Below the pieces are notes generated by a model that was not told the DNA's origin, searched no databases, and worked only from the letters and a program-made list of their open reading frames with translations. This document shows, in pieces, positions 50,087-60,710 of a DNA stretch of 60,710 nucleotides (position 1 is the first letter of the stretch; each line of letters starts with the position of its first letter). Made by a program: the position numbers and the translations under genes. Source of the DNA: Chiloscyllium plagiosum (lineage: Eukaryota); NCBI RefSeq assembly GCF_004010195.1, contig NC_057711.1, positions 77,536,341 to 77,597,050 of the forward strand. The letters are read 5' to 3'.

Positions 50087-51262
50087 TATCCAAAATATAA
50101 GTCAAACACTGTTTGAGACATGATTTTCCAAGGGTTTATACATCAGTATCTGCAAGATATGCAATGATGATCAGCCAAAACACTTATCTTGTTTATTGTG
50201 AAAAGTTATAAGATTTTCATGCATGTCTTTCTCACAGGCTTTTCTATTATAGATTTCAGTAAAATACAAGTCTTAATAATATTACATTTGATTTTGGCAA
50301 TGATTCTAGAAAGAGCATAAATTAGCTAATCTTTGCAAACTCAACATATTTAGAATAATTATTGCAATTTGAAATACAAAGTGCATAAACCAAAAACAGT
50401 AAAAATAAATATGTGTTTCACAAGCATTGTTTATGAAATTTGAACATCACTGGCAAGGCCAGCATTTGATGTTCATCAGCAATTGCCCATAGACTATAGT
50501 GGTAAGTCACCTCCTTGAACTACTGCGGTTTATCATTTATAGCTACAGTCACAGGCGACTTGGAATGGAGTTCCAGGATACTCACCCAGAAACAGCATCC
50601 AAGTGAGACTAAGTGGTGGCAGTCCCACACATCTATCAGCCTTGTTCTACCAGTTGGAAGAGATCATGAGTTTGGAAATTCTGTCAAAGGAGGCTGGCGG
50701 AGTTGCTACCATGCATTATGTAGATGGTGCACACTGCTGCTACTCTGCTGCAGCTATGAAGAGAGTGAATGTTGAAGATGGTGGTTGGGGTGTCAATCAA
50801 GCAGGCTGTTTCCTTCCTGGATAACATCAAGTTTCTTAAATTTTGTCAGTGGTTCATTCATCTGAGCAAGTTCAGAATATTCCATCACAATCCTGACTTG
50901 TGCTATTAGGTGATGGACAGATTCTGAACCTTGAGCTTAATCTCGCCACCACAATATTTATATGAATGGCACAGTTCAGCTTCAAATCAATATAACCTTT
51001 AGGGTGCTAAGATTGAGGGAGTGGGTTGGTTACTTCAGCAATGGTATTGAATGATATAGGGAGATGGTTAGATTCTTTTTGCTGGAGATGGTCATTGCCT
51101 GAAACATGTTGAGCAACACAAATATTGCTTACCTTGTATCAGTGCAATCCTGAATTCCATTTAATTCTTGCACATCTGGGAATGAACTACTTCTGTATCT
51201 GGGGATTCATGAATAATATTGAATATTGTGCAATCATTAGTGAACAGTCCAACTTCTGACCC

Positions 51263-52483
51263 ATAAGACCGTAAGACATAAGAGCAGAAATTAGGCCACT
51301 CAGCCCATCGAGTTTGCTCTGCCATTGAATCACGACTAATAAGTTTTTCAACCTCATTCTCCTGCTTTCTCCCCATAACCCTTGATTCCCTTGATACTCA
51401 AGAACCCATCTATCTCAGTCTTAAATATAGTCAGTGACCTGGCCTCCATAGCCTTCTGTGGCAATTAATTCCATAGATTCACCATTCTCTGGCTGAACAA
51501 GTTTCTCCTTATCTACATTCTAAAAGGTCTTCCCTTTACTCTAAGGCTATGCCCTTGCATCCTAATCTCTCCTACCAATGGAAACATCTTCCCACTCTGT
51601 CCAGGCCTGATGAAGAGCTTTTGCCCGAAACGTCAATTTTCCTGCTCCTTGGATGCTGCCTGACCTGCTGTGCTTTTCCAGCACCACTCTAATCTAGACT
51701 CTGATTTCCAGCATTTGCCTTCCTCACTTTTGCCATTCAGTATTCTGTATGTTTCAATTAGATCCCCCCAATCCTTCTAAACTCCATGGAGTATAGACCC
51801 AGCATCCTCAAACATTCATCATATGTTAAGCTTTTTATTCCTAGGATCATTCTTGTGAACCTCCTCTGAACACACTCCAGAGCCAGTATATACTTCCTGA
51901 GATTTGGGGCCAAAAACTGCACACAATACTCCAAATGTGGTCTGACCAAGCCTTATAGAGCCTCAGAAGTACATCCTCCTTTTATAGTCAAGTCCTCTCA
52001 AAATAAATACCATCATTGCATTTGCCTTTTTAACTACTGACTCAACCTGCAAGCTTACCTTGAGAGAATCCTGGACTAGAACTCCCAAGTCTCTTTGCAC
52101 TTTAGACTTCTTAATTTTCTCCCCCTTTAGAAAATAATCCATATCTCTATTCTTCCTATCAAAGTGTATGATCTCACACTTTCCCATATTGTATTCCATC
52201 TGTCACTTCTTTGCCCACTCTCATAACCTGTCCAAATCCTTCTGCAGGTTCCCCACCTCCTCAATACTACCTGTCCCTCAACCTATCTTTGTATCATCTG
52301 CAAACATATCCAGAATGCCCTCAGCTCCTTCATCTAGATCGTTAATTTATAAAGTGAAAGGTTGTGGTCCCAGGAATGAGCCTTGCAGAATACCACTTGT
52401 CGCCGGCTGCCATTCTGAGAAGGACCCTTTTATTTCCATTCTCTGCTTTCTGTCAGGCAGCCAAGCTTCTATCCATGCTAGCA
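51263..52483 (-). mobile_element. 5'-truncated CR1 LINE
   Basis: 'MEYNMGKCEIIHF', 'VRPHLEYCVQF..LECVQRRFTRM'; (TCTTATG)-like tail; tgaccc at 51257-51262 / 52484-52489 is a possible TSD. Confidence 0.93.
51606..51734 (+). mobile_element. Solo Penelope terminal-repeat fragment starting at the hammerhead core, inserted in the CR1
   Basis: 'cctgatgaagagcttttgcccgaaacgtc...cctcacttttgcc'; only a 3-bp 'gcc' overlap with the target. Confidence 0.88.
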
Positions 52484-53815
52484 TGACCCTATGATGGACG
52501 AGAGCTCAATAATAGTACGTTGAGATTTTTGAGCCTAGGACACTACCCTGAGGAACTCTTGCAGTTCGATGGCTGAGATGATTGACTTTTAATAACCACA
52601 CTAGTCTTCCTTTGACTCAGTATGCCTTCAAACAACAGAATGTTCGTTCCATGATTGCTTTTGACTTTAATTTTGCTCAGGCTCCTTGATGCCAAACTTG
52701 GCCACATACCGCTTTGTTACTATGCTAAACATTCCTCACAATGTATTGGACAATATAGATGAAGAGATGCTGGGACAAAAATTTTTTTAACGTTTAAACT
52801 GCTAAATTTAGATCCCTGATAAAATCATGGAAGACCTGATTAATGAATCAAGCTGCACAAACTACCTTTTCCTGTTGCCAACACAATAATTACAATAGGC
52901 AAACTGTCATTTGTTTTGAACTAAAATGAAACTTTGAGTGAATCGTAATATGGGACAGTATACCAAAGGCAACCAACAGACTTGTTTACCTTCTCGAGTA
53001 AATATGGAATTTCTTTTAAATACTCATATTAGTTTAGAAACCAATTCCAAACAATCACGGTAAATAGTTTTGTAACAAGCTAAACCACTAAGCAGTTTTA
53101 TTCTCAGATAGCCACTAACAAACAAAATTATTAGTGAGTTGTTAAAATTAGTTCAAACAATACTGTAACTTTGAAAAAGCACATGATAGATTTAACCAGG
53201 CAAGGCCATCAGTTAAATTCATTTGACTATCTTTCTTTGAAGAAATTTGAAAAATGGTTCTTGGAAGGCAATAGTGGAAAATCCCTCTCAGATACACCAA
53301 TTCTCAGAATTCTCTTTGAAATTATTTTTTGTTTCCATTTGTGTTGAGATTAGGTCATGATTGATAATACCTGATATTTCAGAAGTTTCAGATTCTTATT
53401 CTTAAAAACATTTTGGAATACAGGAGGGAATTCCCCAAAATTATCCCAGCTGGAATCAAGAGTGAGAAAATATTCACATGAAGTCCTAATGTTGACCTAC
53501 AACCTAAAGCAGGAATTCTCTTTTTCCAGCCCTGTTGGAATCACCACTTCCTGCTTCTTCCCTATCTGTCAAGTGCCAATGTCAAGGTTCTTAAAGATTT
53601 TTTTCATAGTTGTTGTATTTGATATGAGTTGTCATAGGAAGATGGTGGACCTTGAGTTCTCCAATACGGTTAAGGAGTCTTCGCATTGTCTCGATTAGAT
53701 TCAGCACTACTGAAGCCCTCAATGAGAGTCTTGATGTCAGCTTCAGAATAATCTTTACTGTAAAGTCTTTTGCTGCCTCTTCCAGTGTTACAGCAGTAAT
53801 CCTTCTTCTGCATCA

Positions 53816-54071
53816 GATTAGATTAGATTAAGTTACTTACAGCGTGGAAACAGGCCCTTCGACCCAACAAGTCCACACCGACCCTCCGAAGAGCAACCCA
53901 CCCAGACCCATTTCCCTACATTTACCCCTTCACCCAACACTATGGGCAATTTAGCATGGCAGACATGGGAGAATGTGCTAACTCCTCACAGACAGTTGCC
54001 TGAGGCGGGAATTGAACCCGGGTCTCTAGCACTGTGAGGTAGCAGTGCTAACCACTGTGCCACCGTGCCGC
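53816..54071 (-). mobile_element. V-domain SINE with internal deletion and (TAATC)n tail
   Basis: Minus strand 'gcggcacggtggcacagtggttagcactgct...gggttcaattcc'; tail 'agattagattagatta' on +. Confidence 0.9.
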
Positions 54072-57000
54072 TAAATCATCACTAAATAAGTGTGCACACA
54101 GCTAGTAGTGGGAACCCATCCAGAAACTCGCTCATGCAACCTCCACCTACTGGCTTCACAAATCTTGACTGCATAGTTCATGGAATTACATCGAATCACA
54201 CTTTTTGGAATTAAGCTACTGCAATTCTTTAGGTTACTGTCACCAACTGAAATTTAGTAGATATAACCCCAAACCAGCCAGGCTCCACTTTCATATTAAC
54301 ACAAAAAAAATCATACAGCCTTTCAATTCTTGAAAGTTCTGCTCCTTCTGCCCAGTATAAATTTGCAAGATGAAAGCCTCCAATACTTTCAAATCAAGAA
54401 GCTAACTGTGAGAAATAATGAAACTAATAGGAAGAAGTTACTGTCACCTCATCCACACATTTTCCCATTTATGCACTCCTGCAATGAGATATATACACTC
54501 AAGCATATGAATGTGTCAGAGCAACATCATTTGGTAGAATGTGATCCACAGGCAACTTCAGCACAGGGTCAACAGTCAAGGCAGGCAAAATTTTGTATTA
54601 TTGTAGCCCAGGTTCATTTTAAGTTACTACAGTGAATATTAGCAAAACTATTGAGCCTGTAATGATTCAATATATTGAAATTGGGGTGGATTAAGAAAAC
54701 AACTACATTACATTCAAGATTTTACTGATAACATCCTTACAGACATTTGACCTTCAGCAAGCAATATCATGATGTTCATGACTTCCCTTCATTAACATGA
54801 AAGTGCTTCTGAAATTTTCTTCAAAATATATTTGTGGTTATCTGAGAGTTTTGTATATTATCACAGGCAATGTTTATCATATTGAGAGAAGCCCCCCAGT
54901 GGTGTGCATATCATATTGTTATGCAGTTTCTCTGCAGCCATAACATTGTACTCTTTGCTCTGTTCTATTACCCTCCTGTACTTGTATGGTCTGATCTGCC
55001 AGTACTGCATGCAAAACAAAACTTTTCACTGTATCTAGAAACAGCGACAATAATAAATCAAACCAAAAACTGAAACCAAATCATAATCATCTACTTTGTA
55101 CTGGGAAATGCTAAAGCGATGTTCTGATGCTGTCACAAATGTTATAACATATGGTTGATTGTGTCTTACTTCAATCCCAGATCCCCAGCATATGACCCTG
55201 ATCTGATCCCCAGTTTTAAACATAGTTTTGAGTTTCTCGATCACTTACTGGAAAGGTGATGCAATGCTACCAGATATCCAATCATGCAGCTCTCTTATAT
55301 AATGAGAACTGATGTTTGCCAAAAACAAAATCAGCTCAAGGAAATCTATGGCCAAGGAGGCCAAACATTTCCATGGTTAAACATCTAAAAGAAAGTATTT
55401 TCCTTAAAATTCTGCAAAAAAAAAAACCCCAGATTTGTATGTTTTGTTCCTAAGTGAAGATCATCGGGCACATTTTTATTTAACTATAGTGGTGATATTG
55501 CTATGGCAATTCCAAAAAAAGAAATATACCCCCTTAAAGAGCAGAATCCCACTGCTGCAATGAGATTTAGGCTGCTGTTTTTAATGTAGGGATAACCCCA
55601 TCACAAACTGGTTTGGGCATGTTGCCTGATTTAATTTTGTAAATCTGTATAATTCTACATGAAAAATAAATGAGACAATCACATAAGCTAGACCAGTAGA
55701 TTACAGTATTGTCTTCTGATATTCAAAAAGTGCAACTAATGTGTTTTGTAGGGGGGGGGGGTTATATTACCACAAACAAGGCAATAAGCCAAGCAAACTC
55801 TCATGACCTAAGGCTTCAATCTGTCAGTAGAATCTTCCATCAATACATACCGTTAATAATGTCACACCCTTTAACCACCAGGTAATCAACGAGGAATTTA
55901 TGGAACTCTCTAAGAATCCAAATATAAATCCATACCTTCAGCTAAAAGTACTTAAGGATACCTGGTAATAACTACATCTCCACGGCAAGGGAAAAAGTGG
56001 GAAGAGAACACATCATGATGAAGGAAGTAAATCAAGTCATGAAGATTATATACAGTGGTAAATGTTTGGATATTCAGTAGAATGAACATAAAATCTGGTC
56101 CCAAAACTGTCCCCCTGAACTGAATTAGCCCATTATCAAGTACAAACATGAAATTAAAGCACAGAAGTTTCCCAGCCAGTGAAAGGAGTGGTTGCAGGGG
56201 AGCCATATATAATAGCAAAGACTCATGTCAGAACAGGTCCTTGATGCCTTCCCACTGCCAATGTTTCCATAGGGTGGGACAAAATGCAGACTGTTTACTT
56301 GCTGCAAGGCAGCTGTAACCAATATTCATGTTTAAGGCCCCAATTAGGGCTATTTAGAGCATAAAATGCTCATCGGCATTTTACCAGTGACTAAGCGACT
56401 GCCCACCATGTATGGAAGCCACCAGCTAAATGGAGGCAGTTTCCCTCTGGTCCAGGGAGTCTTTGTGACAGAGATTTTATCCTCCAAAGAGGGAATAAAT
56501 GACATCTAAGATTGGGACCACAAACTAAATGCTTCCATCAGAGAGGTTCCCCTGTAGTCAGAGGCTGCTGCCTGTTTGGTGCCTCTCAAAAAATTAATTT
56601 TCATTCTTCCAATTGTCTCTGCACTTTGAGATGCCACTTTGTTCTCTTACCTGCCTCAGCAGTGCTACCTCTCATTAAGGATCTACAAAGGGCTTACAGC
56701 TGTTGGCCCTCTAATAGGATTGCTATTATCAGCAGCCTACTCACTGTCTATGACTAGTCAGTGAATTTAGAAGCAGTCAATTAGAATGTCATCACTGAAC
56801 TCCTGGTAGATTCAGGCTCAAGGTTTCTAAATGACCCTCACATTACAGCTCTGAGGTTTGCAAGGAATTGTTACTGTCCTTTTCAATAAACAAGCCAACC
56901 TCTTGGGAAAAGTTTACTGGATCAGTTCTTATTGCCCTGATTTCCTAAACTAGGAAAACTCAAAATGTGTACCTATGCCTCTGCTCCAAATGCTCCTCGT

Positions 57001-57663
57001 CAAAATACACAAAACTGTTTGTAATTAATTAACAAGAATCATCTGGAAGCCAAGAAACCAAACTTAGTATCAGAAAACTCCAACTACTAAAAGGTTTGAC
57101 CCCACCTCCACACCGTGCTGTTGCTTCTACTGGACAGCACCAATTCAAATAATAAAATAATAATATTTCAGGTACACATTAAATGTACAAAATATTTTTT
57201 GAGATATTCCTAGATGGAAAATGAACTAGAATTAATCAATCCCTTAAAATTATCTAGGTTTGCATGAAATCTACTTTTCTATGCTACATTTTTAAATGAA
57301 CAATATTAGATGGGAAAACCAGGAAAGGCGATAAACAATGCTCACCCAGACAAAAATTAAGAAAAAGGGCTGTATCGTCCTCAAAACCTCTCCTGTCAAT
57401 GGCAATGAAAAAGGAGGAAACAGTGATTCAATCTAGACTATTGCTGCTTTCCTGTCCTGAATTTAATTTATTTTCCTTCAAACTCATTTATGGATTTCCA
57501 ATCCCCCAGGATTTGCAAAAGATTTTGGTCTGTCTAGTCCCATTTCTATCATTCCCTGAGACCATAAACAGAAGAAAGCAGTATTCTTTGATGTTATGGC
57601 ATGAAGGTCCCATTGTGCCCATATGATGTGAGAGCATGTAACAGTACCTTAAACAGTATCTTT

Positions 57664-58014
57664 GGGGCAGCATGGTGGCTCAGTGGTTAGCGCTGCTGCC
57701 TCACAGCCCCAGCGATCTGGGTTTGATTCCAGCCTCGGGTGACTGTGTGGAGTTTGCACATTCTCCCCATGTCCGCGTGGATTTCCTCTGGGTGCTCCAG
57801 TTTCCTCCCACAATCCAAAGATGTGCATGTTAGGTGAATTGGCTATGCTAAATTGCCCATAGCATTCAGAGATATGTAGGTTAGCTGCATTAGTCAGGGT
57901 CTAATGTAGGATAATAGGGTAGGGGAATGGATCTGGGTGAGTTACTCTTCAGAGGGTAGGGCGAACTTCTAAGGGCCGAAGGGCTTGTTTCCACACTGTA
58001 GGGATTCTATTCTA
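57664..58014 (+). mobile_element. Full-length V-domain SINE (HE1-like)
   Basis: A-box 'tggctcagtgg', B-box-like 'ggtttgattcc', V-domain, CR1-like tail 'gggccgaagggcttgtttccacactgtagggattctattcta'. Confidence 0.92.
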
Positions 58015-58359
58015 AATTTCTTTCAATTTAGTCCAAATGATTGCCTATATTAACTGACACCAACAAAAAATTGATTCAACTGGAACTTCTGCACTTTTGC
58101 ATTATTAGTTTTATTTTCACCAGTGACCATCCTTGCTTACCACTATTTCTTCTCCATTTAATAGGCTCTCACCTGATTTTGAAGTTCTATGACCTTGTCA
58201 TTTTTGATAATGACTATCCCAAATGTGGCAGAATATATTAAAATCAAGTTCAGAAGACCAGGACAAAATTTCATTACATTCCACCCTCACCCACAAAAAA
58301 AACAGCACAAAGGATTGTCATGTTATTGCTTAAAGTTGTATATACACCTTAATAAAATA

Positions 58360-59350
58360 GAATCATAGAATGGCTAAAACACAGAAGAAGAACATAGAGC
58401 CTTTTGAGTCTGTACCAAGATAGCTAGTCCTACCAAGTTCTCCATTTACTTCCCTTAAGGTTCTTATTAACTTCCCTTTCGATAATCACAATTGAAACCC
58501 ACCTCCACCATCCTCTCATGGATTAGATTCCACATCCTAACCAGTTGTCACATAAAAAAGATTTTGCCTCTGCGCCTTTTACCAATCATTATAAATCAGT
58601 GTCCTCTGCATTTTTTTTATCTGTTCTTGAAATGTGTTGGTTGATGGCAAGGCCAATATATATTTGCCATGTTTATTTTCCTTTCGGAAGGTGATTGTGA
58701 ATCATTTACTTGAACAACTGCAATCTATGATTTAGGTACGCTCATGCTCATTCTATGAGCAATTTGATTTCATTTCAGAGAGCAGTTAATTGTCAATCAC
58801 GGTTGCTGTGGGCCCAGAGTTGCATATAGCTCTGACCATGTAAGGAAAGCAAATTTCCTTTGCTGAAGAACGTTAGTGGAACAATCCAATAATTTTGTGA
58901 GCATTATTAAAATACTAGCCTTTTAATTCATATTATTAATTTAAATTCTTCAAGCAGCTTTGATGAGATTTAAAGTTATATCTCCAGTGTATCATTTCAA
59001 AAACTATGGAAGACAACTCAAATAACACTACGGCCAGACCAATATCCTTCACTCTTGACACTTTCAACAATAGGGAAAGTTTAATTCTAATCTGTCACTT
59101 CTTTCATAATTTTGAAAACATCTCACAAATCTCCTCTCAAACTATTTTTTCCTCAAGGAAAATGATCCCAGCTACTTCAACCTACACATATTACTGAAGT
59201 TTCTTATCCCTAGAATTATTCTTGTAAATGTTTACTGCAACCACTCTGAAGTCTTCACATCTTTCCTAAGGTACAGTTTTCAGAATTGCAAACAATACTG
59301 TTGTTGAGGACAAACTGGTGTTTTAAGGGTTTAGCATATCTTTGTTGTTT
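58360..59350 (-). mobile_element. Old CR1 3' fragment (58360-58610, ~59030-59350) interrupted by another decayed repeat
   Basis: Tail 'atagaatcatagaa' and a decayed reverse CR1 C-terminal coding region. Confidence 0.6.
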
Positions 59351-60397
59351 CTATAAATTTATCATAGAATATTACCTCATAAGTCCTTGGGTGGCAAAGA
59401 CATTTATTGTTATATGTTTATGAGTTGTGAGGATTATTGAAAAGGCCTGAATTTATTGTTCATCAGCAATAGCCCTTAAAAAAGCAATATTGACCCACAT
59501 TCTTGAACTGTTGGAGTCCAGATTATGCAGATACAGTGTTTTTAGGAAGAGATTTCCAGGATTTTGAAACAGTATAGCACGACCATATCCCAGGTGAGGT
59601 TCTTCAAGTTAACAAGGTTCCAGATGGAATGCTCAAAACTGTCAAGCTCCAAGGCTAAGAATGATGAACTGGGTCTCATCTTAATTCATCTACCCCCCTT
59701 ATCTGCTCACAACAAGGCTAAGTTAGAAAGGATCCCTCCCCTTTGATACCTTCCTCCTAAATAAGATTAATATATATTTTAAAAGGAACCAACTTAACCA
59801 GGCTTTCTTGAGTTAACAAAAGAGTTTTTTTAGTTACTAAAGCAGGGAAGGAATAACATTGAAACACACATATAAATAGATTAGAAATGAGAAGTGAGTT
59901 CAAACTAAAAAGTAAAAGATATCTGGTTCTGTCTCTGGGTCATTCATGTACAATATGAAATATTGCTAGTTAAGTGGTTGGCTTAGAGATTCTTGGCTTT
60001 GTAGATTGATTGAAATTAGTTTGCCTGAGTCCCTTTTGACTAGCTTGCTGGACAGTTGGATTCTAACACTCAGAACAAGACAGTACATTACCAGCAGCAC
60101 CGGCGTGACTATTGGTGGTTCTTCAGTAGTGAACATCACAGCACGATACTGCTTGAACCCAAGCTAACATACAGAAGTACACCAGTCCACTAGCATACAC
60201 GAGCACCATAGTTCACTAGCACAGCTTCTTCCACAAGCGCATGCAGACCAGGCTGAAATTGACACTTAATTGCTGCTCATGTGCATTCTTCAAAGGGGAA
60301 GTCACAAACATGTAGACTTTTCTCAAATCGTGTTCCGAATGCTAGATAGTCCCCAAGTGATTACAACTCAATATGTAGTGCACCTCTCCTTCTTTAT

Positions 60398-60710
60398 AAG
60401 GAGAGGTGCACTAAGGAAGTAGTGACCATAATACAATAAGCTTCAATCTGCAATTTGAGAGGGAGAGGGTACAATCGGAAGTGACAATATTTCTGTTGAA
60501 TAAAGGGAACTATGGAGCTATGAGGGAGGAGCTGGCCAAAGTTCAATGGTGCAATACCTTAGCAGGGATGACAGTGGAGGAACAATGGCGGATATTTCTG
60601 TGTATAATGCAGAAGATGCAGGATCAGTCCATTCCAAAAAGGAAGACAGATCCGAGGAGGAGGCATAGGTGGTCATGGCTGACGAGGGAAGTTAAGAAAA
60701 ATATAAAGTT
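60398..60710 (+). mobile_element. 5'-truncated CR1 ORF2 running off the window end
   Basis: 'GSSDHNTISFNLQFERE..LLNKGNYGAMREELAKVQW..EEQWRIF..WLTREVKKNIK' (end of APE domain and linker). Confidence 0.85.

Larger units (their letters stand above)
50440..52720 (-). mobile_element. Second-family LINE 3' part, interrupted by a CR1
   Basis: 'SEVGLFTNDCTIF..SPDTEVVHSQM' (degenerate FADD motif) at ~51165-51260; continues at ~52490-52720. Confidence 0.75.

Noticed and set aside
49128..50100. Many overlapping Pro/Ser- or Gly-rich ORFs (also at 744-1683, 7728-9025, 42065-43277)
   Set aside because: Alternative frames and antisense of C-rich Penelope sequence
53595..53790. Stop-free minus-strand stretch of ~65 codons
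   Set aside because: No convincing splice sites or recognisable homology
55929..55965. Possible minus-strand micro-exon (AG...CTGAAG|GTATGG)
   Set aside because: The 26-nt version has stops in all frames, and the 6-nt version is indistinguishable from chance
57664..57740. tRNA-like sequences (also ~14480-14555, 54000-54071, 9800-9850, 16340-16400)
   Set aside because: SINE heads with A/B boxes; no complete cloverleaf
1..60710. CRISPR array or prokaryotic operon/defence system
   Set aside because: No regularly spaced repeat-spacer array or gene-dense organisation; the recurring 30-40 bp motifs are dispersed retroelement ends

Overview
Eukaryotic, AT-rich, transposon-dominated DNA, probably intronic or intergenic. 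The repeat mix (CR1 LINEs with an esterase ORF1, V-domain SINEs with CR1-like tails, Penelope-like elements) suggests a cartilaginous fish such as a shark; this is an inference. I found no intact host gene and no intact transposon ORF. Contents: (i) two near-full-length but disrupted CR1 LINEs and many CR1 3' fragments; (ii) at least 12 Penelope-like (RT + GIY-YIG) insertions, whose terminal repeats carry about 14 minimal hammerhead-ribozyme motifs; four of these insertions, from two families, are tiny fold-back elements flanked by target-site duplications (TSDs), and several breakpoints cluster at the hammerhead core; (iii) a decayed Gmr1-type Gypsy element (gag-PR-IN-RT order) on the minus strand that the ORF track misses; (iv) V-SINEs, a second LINE family, a Tx1-like remnant and Harbinger-type Myb/SANT remnants; (v) local template-switch hairpins and two weak minus-strand exon candidates. 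Coordinates were read by eye, and element boundaries are approximate.
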